A stretch of 64,000 nucleotides of DNA from an uncultured Poribacteria bacterium (GTDB lineage: Bacteria; Poribacteria; WGA-4E; WGA-3G). A program made the translations under genes and the position numbers. The notes beneath the pieces were generated by a model. The model did not search any database. It saw only the letters and a program-made list of their open reading frames with translations, and was not told where the DNA came from. The DNA is taken from NCBI GenBank assembly GCA_951813565.1, contig OX638351.1:3616001-3680000 (forward strand), written 5' to 3'. Below, piece after piece: positions 58,568 to 64,000 of the stretch (within the stretch, counting starts at the first letter, position 1; each line of letters begins with the position of its first letter).

Positions 58568-59314
58568 TTGGCATCACGTTGTATTCTAAAATATTTACAC
58601 AAGGTCCTCGAAAAACAGAATGCTGGTTATATCGTTCTGATTGATCCCGAAGGGTGTGAGGTAGAAAAATGCGCTAAACTTGCTTGTGAAGTTGAACGAG
58701 CAGGGGCAGACGCTATTTTGCTTGGTGGTAGTCTGTTGACTACTGACCTGCATCCAATTGCAGCAACCCTAAAATCAGAAACAGCAATACCTATTATTCT
58801 TTTCCCAGGGGATTCGATGCACCTTACACCCCACGCAGATGCTATTCTCTATATGAGCCTAATCAGCGGACGAAATCCAAACTATCTTATTGGTGAACAA
58901 GTCAAAGCAGCACCTTGGATTCAACGGTATGGCTTGCAACCTATCCCCACCGGCTATATGCTTATTGAAGGAGGCAATCGAACCGCAGTTGAATTTATGA
59001 GCGGCACAGTGCCTATCCCTCGCGATAAACCTGACATAGCGGGACCACACGCATTGGCTGCGCAGTATCTCGGAATGCGGTTGGTCTATTTAGAAGCTGG
59101 AAGTGGTGCTGAATTTCCTGTACCTAACATTATGATTTCAAGTGTAAAAGCTCAAATTGAAATTCCACTGATTGTCGGCGGTGGCATACGAACCCCGGAA
59201 ATTGCTGCGGAGAAAGTTAATGCTGGTGCCGATTTTATAGTCACAGGTAATATACTTGAAAAGAGTGGTTCCTTTGAGCTGATGAAGCAGTTTGCAGATG
59301 CTGTTCATGGGTAA
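58568..59314 (+). CDS. Geranylgeranylglyceryl-phosphate (GGGP) synthase, group II type
   Basis: LIDP, GADAILLGGS, PIILFPG, SLISGRNPNYLIGEQ, PTGYMLIEGG, YLEAGSGA, VGGGIR, VTGN. Confidence 0.92.
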   Translation: MASRCILKYLHKVLEKQNAGYIVLIDPEGCEVEKCAKLACEVERAGADAILLGGSLLTTDLHPIAATLKSETAIPIILFPGDSMHLTPHADAILYMSLISGRNPNYLIGEQVKAAPWIQRYGLQPIPTGYMLIEGGNRTAVEFMSGTVPIPRDKPDIAGPHALAAQYLGMRLVYLEAGSGAEFPVPNIMISSVKAQIEIPLIVGGGIRTPEIAAEKVNAGADFIVTGNILEKSGSFELMKQFADAVHG

Positions 59315-59385
59315 CATGTCAGCAATTTTTTTACTGAACGTATGTGAATCAGAGTCCAGTTACAAAGGAAGAGAGGTAACTCAAA

Positions 59386-60117
59386 ATGTCTAAAAATAAT
59401 GAGGTAGTAATAGAAATAGAGACAGAGAAAGAAAACAGTAAGAAACCCGATTTTCTCATTGATGAATCTGAAGAAGATACGGATGCATCTGCAGAAACGG
59501 ATGTTGAAGCAGAAGAACGTACATTAGAGACCCTTGAAACTGAACTTGAGGCACTCAAAGAAGACTTTAAAAAACAACTTGAAGCAGTTGCCGAATCCGA
59601 GCGTGAGCAGTATCAGGAAGAACGCGAACGTTTGTTACGGACCGCTGCTGAAGCCGAAAATATAAAAAAACGGGTGGAAATAGAAGCACAGAAACAACTC
59701 AAGTTTGCTAACAAAAACATTATTGAAGGACTGATTCCGGTATTAGATAGTTTTGAGGCAGCGATTAAAAGCGTTGATGGGAAGGTTGAAACGAACGAGA
59801 CCCCATCAGATTTCCTAAACTTCAGCGAAGGAGTACAGTTAGTTCATAAACAACTCTTAGATGTTCTGAAAATACACGGACTTACTCCTATTGAAGCGTC
59901 CGGTGGTCCGTTTGACCCGAATCAGCATGAAGCGGTCTTTGCGACGGAATCCGATGAAGTTCCAGAGGGAAATGTGATAGAAGAATTCAGATGCGGTTAC
60001 CAATTACACGATCAGATTCTTCGTGCCGCACAGGTCGTGGTTTCTAAAGGAAAATCTGAGCAGCCTCCACCTAAGGAAAATAAGACAGAAGAAACTGAAA
60101 ACACCACCGAAAATTAA
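59386..60117 (+). CDS. grpE: Nucleotide exchange factor GrpE
   Basis: LLRTAAEAEN.KKR, LIPVLDSFE, FDPNQHEAV, GYQLHDQILRAAQVVVS. Confidence 0.95.
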   Translation: MSKNNEVVIEIETEKENSKKPDFLIDESEEDTDASAETDVEAEERTLETLETELEALKEDFKKQLEAVAESEREQYQEERERLLRTAAEAENIKKRVEIEAQKQLKFANKNIIEGLIPVLDSFEAAIKSVDGKVETNETPSDFLNFSEGVQLVHKQLLDVLKIHGLTPIEASGGPFDPNQHEAVFATESDEVPEGNVIEEFRCGYQLHDQILRAAQVVVSKGKSEQPPPKENKTEETENTTEN

Positions 60118-60150
60118 ATGAAATTAAAACTGCAGTGTAGGTAGGAACAG

Positions 60151-61266
60151 ATGTTGCAAAAACGGGATTATTATGAAATTCTTGATGTAAGCCGAGACGC
60201 TGATGAGAACGAAATTAAGAAGGCTTACCGAAAATTAGCGATTAAATATCACCCTGATAAAAATCCTGGTGATGAAGAAGCTGAAGATAAGTTTAAAGAA
60301 GCGACAGAGGCTTATGATGTGTTGCGGACACCTGAAAAAAGGCAGCGTTACGACCAATATGGACATGCGGGACTTGAAGGCACTTCAAGCGGTTTCGATT
60401 TTGGCGTTAACCTTGATGACATTTTCAGTGAAGTTTTCGGAGACGTTTTTGGTGGGTTCGGTAGAACACGGAATAGACCTAAACAGGGACGCAGCCTGCA
60501 ATATAATCTGGAACTTTCACTTGAAGATGCCTTCAACGGTAAAGAGGTAACAATTGAAGTACCGCGTATTGAATCCTGTCCAGAATGTAATGGAAGTGGT
60601 GCAGAAAGAGGTTCAACGGTTGAAACTTGCCCACAGTGTTACGGGCGCGGACAGGTAACCCAATCTCAAGGTTTTTTCACTATGTCCCGTCCTTGCCCGC
60701 GTTGTCGTGGCGAAGGTGAAATAATCCAAAAGCCATGTAGGAATTGTAATGGACAAGGACGCATTAGAGTGGCGCGAGAAATGAAACTGAAAATTGACAA
60801 GGGCGTTGATAGCGGCATTGAATATCGATTGCGAGGAGAAGGTGAAGCCGGAACATTGGGCGGTCCTCCGGGTGATCTACTCGTCGTCGTTCATATCAAA
60901 CCACATCAACGGTTTAGTCGTGAAGGTAACGATCTGATTACTTCCACTAAAATTTCATTCGTTGAGGCATCACTCGGTAGCACGATCCAAATCGATAGTC
61001 TTGCTGGTCCTCAAAAATTGGAGATTCCTGCTGGCACGCAGTACGGTGATAAACTCCGTATACCGGGAAAAGGCATGCCTAAATACAGAAGTTCAAGTTT
61101 CGGGGATCTCATTGTGCAGGTCGGGATTGAAACACCAACAAATCTCAATGAACAACAACACAAACTTTTAGAACAATTTGCTGAGTCACAGGGTAAATCA
61201 GTTGATTCTCGACACAAAGGATTTTGGGACAAACTTTTTCATCACGACGATGAAGACGACGCGTAA
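60151..61266 (+). CDS. dnaJ: Chaperone DnaJ
   Basis: J-domain HPD, G/F region, four CxxCxGxG repeats. Confidence 0.97.
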   Translation: MLQKRDYYEILDVSRDADENEIKKAYRKLAIKYHPDKNPGDEEAEDKFKEATEAYDVLRTPEKRQRYDQYGHAGLEGTSSGFDFGVNLDDIFSEVFGDVFGGFGRTRNRPKQGRSLQYNLELSLEDAFNGKEVTIEVPRIESCPECNGSGAERGSTVETCPQCYGRGQVTQSQGFFTMSRPCPRCRGEGEIIQKPCRNCNGQGRIRVAREMKLKIDKGVDSGIEYRLRGEGEAGTLGGPPGDLLVVVHIKPHQRFSREGNDLITSTKISFVEASLGSTIQIDSLAGPQKLEIPAGTQYGDKLRIPGKGMPKYRSSSFGDLIVQVGIETPTNLNEQQHKLLEQFAESQGKSVDSRHKGFWDKLFHHDDEDDA

Positions 61267-61270
61267 CAAT

Positions 61271-61365
61271 GGGTGTGTAAATATTTGGTTACATAGGTTC
61301 AATTTACAATGATTACGCAGCGTTTTCCACTGTAGGGCGGATTTCTACAAAAACTTTACACACCC
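61271..61365. mobile_element. 95-bp MITE (GGGTGTGTAAA ends, 9-bp TSD)
   Basis: CGTAACAAT duplicated at 61262-61270 and 61366-61374; ends match the 8851-9447 element. Confidence 0.92.
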
Positions 61366-61375
61366 CGTAACAATT

Positions 61376-61535
61376 TATAGTAAGACCTATAATTAATGGG
61401 ACACTTCTGTAGCGCAAACTTTTAGTTTGCGTCTCATAAGGCACAAACTAAAAGTTTGTGCTACAACTTCTATTGTCCATTATCTTTCCAAGACAAGTTT
61501 ATCAAAGTGTCCCAATAATTTCAAAGTTCACTATA
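61376..61535. mobile_element. MITE-like element (TATAGT...ACTATA; GGGACACTT/AAGTGTCCC) with GTAGCGCAAAC...GTTTGTGCTAC REP-like cargo
   Basis: Terminal and subterminal inverted repeats plus internal paired palindromes. Confidence 0.7.
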
Positions 61536-61613
61536 GTTGTCTGGTAGAAGGATAAATACCATACTAACGATAGAATAAAACGGAGCAGAATCCAATCAAT
61601 GCTCCCTTAAATT

Positions 61614-62528
61614 ATGAATTGGGCGCAGATTACCGTAACGGCTTCTCATGATGCATCTGAAGCCGTTGCAAATTACCTATTTGAAATGGACGCTTTCGGG
61701 ATTGAAATGAAAGATGCTACCGATTCAACAACTTCTCTCATCGCATATTATCCACTGGATGACCGTTTAAACACAAGAGTTGGGAAACTAAGAAATTTTC
61801 TCTCTAAACTTCCAACATGGGGACTCCCATCTCATCCAGCAAAAATTGATTTAAAACGTGTTGAATCTAAAGATTGGACAGAAGCGTGGAAGTCATCTTT
61901 CGCGCCGCAGCGGATAGGGAAACGTCTACTTATCGCGCCAACATGGTCCGATATTGCCCCTGATGAGACAGAGATTTTAATCCGCCTTGATCCAGGGATG
62001 GCATTTGGCACCGGTTACCATCCAACTACACGTTTATCATTAGAATTGTTGGAGCAAACGATTGAGCCAGATCAAAACGTTGCCGATATCGGAACGGGTT
62101 CCGGTATACTTGCAATTGCTGCGGTAAAATTAGGTGCTAAATATGTTGATGCTGTTGAGCTTGACCCCACAGCAATACCGGTGGCAGAAACAAACTTTGC
62201 AATTAATGATGCTACAGAAAAAATCAGTTTGTATCAAGGTGATGGAATTAAGACTGTCCAAGGTAAATATCATCTAATAGTTGGAAATATCCTAACAAAG
62301 GTGATTCTTCCTATCATTCCACATTGTCCATCGCGATTGCATCTTGAAGGAAACGTTATTTTTTCTGGTATTTTGGAATCAGAATTGAAGCAAGTTCAGG
62401 AGGTATTGTCAGAAAACGGGTTGCGATGTATTGATGTAACGCACGAAGCAGAAGAGGGAGTAATGTGGGTAGCGCTTAGGGCGCAGCTTGCAAGCCCATA
62501 TTGCGAATCAGCGCGCTTCCTTGGCTAA
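61614..62528 (+). CDS. prmA: Ribosomal protein L11 methyltransferase
   Basis: DWTEAWK, LDPGMAFGTG.HPTT, DIGTGSGILAIAA, FSGIL. Confidence 0.95.
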   Translation: MNWAQITVTASHDASEAVANYLFEMDAFGIEMKDATDSTTSLIAYYPLDDRLNTRVGKLRNFLSKLPTWGLPSHPAKIDLKRVESKDWTEAWKSSFAPQRIGKRLLIAPTWSDIAPDETEILIRLDPGMAFGTGYHPTTRLSLELLEQTIEPDQNVADIGTGSGILAIAAVKLGAKYVDAVELDPTAIPVAETNFAINDATEKISLYQGDGIKTVQGKYHLIVGNILTKVILPIIPHCPSRLHLEGNVIFSGILESELKQVQEVLSENGLRCIDVTHEAEEGVMWVALRAQLASPYCESARFLG

Positions 62529-62765
62529 TCCGTGACAGAGAACGCATCTGCCAAGATTGAGGTGTGGCATTGTCGGTGATTTTTCGTCACCTATTAGGTG
62601 ACATTTTAGACATGCAGCCGCTTCTTCTGATTTTCGATGATCCTCAATGTTTGAACGCGCTGGTGCCGCGTTGAAAAAGAGAATTACCATTACGATAGCA
62701 AAAATAAAACCTATAACGAAAACAATATAAAATAGCACCTTTGGATTGGCTTGTTCGGTTGGCAT
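62508..62765 (-). CDS. Small membrane-anchored diheme c-type cytochrome
   Basis: N-terminal TM, CLKCH and CVLCH motifs, PTMPH. Confidence 0.7.
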   Translation of the reverse strand: MPTEQANPKVLFYIVFVIGFIFAIVMVILFFNAAPARSNIEDHRKSEEAAACLKCHLIGDEKSPTMPHLNLGRCVLCHGLAKEAR

Positions 62766-62856
62766 ATAAGAATAAGTAGACTCCGAATCTATAACACTTT
62801 ATATTCAACTAATAGGATACCTTAAAATCGGCTTTTCTGCAACTGAATTTGCAGCA

Positions 62857-63681
62857 TCATTCAAAAAAAGGAAAAAGGTTCGGCAGATTTTCTGCTGTTA
62901 GTGCTGAACCGTATTCACAGGATTCAAACGCTTCAGCATATTGAATGTTTGCCGCCATCTTTTCTCCATAAAGTTGCACTAAGAGATCACGGTGCTTTTC
63001 TGCTATAGCATTGAAACGATGTCGTAAACGTCCGGCAAGCCATTCGCGCCGTGTTTCGGGACTTTCGGGCACAGCATTTAGGGTGCCACTATTGTAAGGG
63101 AGCCATTCATAAAACTGTGATGTGTGGCAATGAAGCATATCAATTTTCTGCTCCACTACGGTATCAATACCGACAACAACATTTGGTGTAAACAGATAAG
63201 GTTTCATGAATCCATCGCTGAGATAGACAATAACGGGGTTTTTATCTAAATGCGGTGTAAGTGCACATATATTGGGAACGGTCACCATATAGGCTGCATC
63301 CTGCACCAATATTGACGTATAACGATGGTCTGGATGGTAGTCGTTGGGTCGGTGTGTCATGATTAAGTCTGGACGGAATTCGAGAATGGTGCGGATAATC
63401 TGATAGCGATTTTCTAAAGTCGGCATCAGTTCGCCATCGTGATTGTCAAGTAGTTCGTATTCAATACCGATGATTTTCGCGGCGGCTTGTGCTTCTGCAT
63501 TACGCCTTTGTGCTAAAGGACCACCGCCCATCTCATGATGTCCGGCATCACCGTTGGTAACGGAGACGAATTTTACATGGTGTCCTTGTTGGACGTATAG
63601 TGCAGCAATGCCTCCTGCTTTAATATCACAATCGTCGGGATGCGCTCCAAAGACTAATACGCGAATCTGTTTTTCTGCCAT
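62857..63681 (-). CDS. PIG-L/LmbE family deacetylase
   Basis: GAHPDD, TNGDAG, HPDH, YAEAFE. Confidence 0.9.
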   Translation of the reverse strand: MAEKQIRVLVFGAHPDDCDIKAGGIAALYVQQGHHVKFVSVTNGDAGHHEMGGGPLAQRRNAEAQAAAKIIGIEYELLDNHDGELMPTLENRYQIIRTILEFRPDLIMTHRPNDYHPDHRYTSILVQDAAYMVTVPNICALTPHLDKNPVIVYLSDGFMKPYLFTPNVVVGIDTVVEQKIDMLHCHTSQFYEWLPYNSGTLNAVPESPETRREWLAGRLRHRFNAIAEKHRDLLVQLYGEKMAANIQYAEAFESCEYGSALTAENLPNLFPFFE

Positions 63682-63824
63682 TTTATAGTTAAGCCAAAAT
63701 AAATGAGACATTTAGTCTCGATTAGGAATTCAAAGTCAGTAACTGGTAAATATGTTGTATCTGTTTTTGGGCATATACTCTTATATGATTAGGACACATT
63801 TCACCCGCTGGGGTTATTGAATTT

Positions 63825-64000
63825 ATGAAAAACTGGAAAGTTGAAGTTTTCTATAAGCCTGAAGTGCCTGATACTATTGGACAAGGCATTCTTGAAGATA
63901 TTTCTGACCTCGGCATCAGTGGGGTTGAATCTGTCAGGACTGCCACAGTTTATTGGATTGAAGGCAACCTTGACCCACAAACTATTGACCGAATTGGCAC
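63825..64000 (+). CDS. purS: PurS-like N-terminus of phosphoribosylformylglycinamidine synthase (runs off the window end)
   Basis: Manual translation MKNWKVEVFYKPEVPDTIGQGILEDISDLGISGVESVRTATVYWIEG; may be a PurS-PurL fusion. Confidence 0.7.
   Translation, partial: MKNWKVEVFYKPEVPDTIGQGILEDISDLGISGVESVRTATVYWIEGNLDPQTIDRIG

Noticed and set aside
56333..59314. Archaeal contamination as the source of the ether-lipid genes
   Set aside because: They are interleaved with bacterial-type trmH and grpE/dnaJ/prmA and have bacterial promoter and SD signals with similar composition; read-level confirmation is still advisable

Overview
Chromosomal window from a diderm (LPS-producing) bacterium. It is most likely Candidatus Poribacteria or a relative; this is an inference from the recurrent C-terminal 'V.P.GKL...W..[LI]K' motif, the GHFHxDGTxH motif and a Uma2 gene, and is not proven. 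Most of the window is housekeeping: a dcw cluster on the minus strand (rsmH-ftsL-ftsI-murE-hydrolase-murF-ddl-mraY-murD-ftsW-murG-murC, no mraZ), slt, nadB, valS, lpxL-lptCAB-rpoN-hpf, lnt-prfB (programmed +1 frameshift), lysS, lolC/E-lolD-ilvE-bamA-skp-lpxD, grpE-dnaJ-prmA and the start of purS/purL. Highlights: (1) a DGGGP-synthase-like UbiA gene and a group II GGGP synthase gene lie one gene apart, which is the core of archaeal-type ether-lipid synthesis inside a lipid A/BAM bacterial context; (2) a family of ultra-short (34-35 nt) hairpin elements with a constant CAAATCAACG leader inserts at C^G sites without target duplication, forms tandem arrays and nests inside itself, REP-like palindromes and MITEs; (3) three unrelated secreted proteins share a C-terminal motif that may be a sorting signal; (4) a consensus sigma-54 promoter sits directly in front of the dcw cluster; (5) many intergenic MITEs with different TIR/TSD types carry REP-like cargo, there is an IS graveyard at 34.6-36.9 kb, and several accessory genes are pseudogenised (AlbA_2/Schlafen, GNAT, HEAT-like, TPR). 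No rRNA, tRNA or CRISPR array was recognised.
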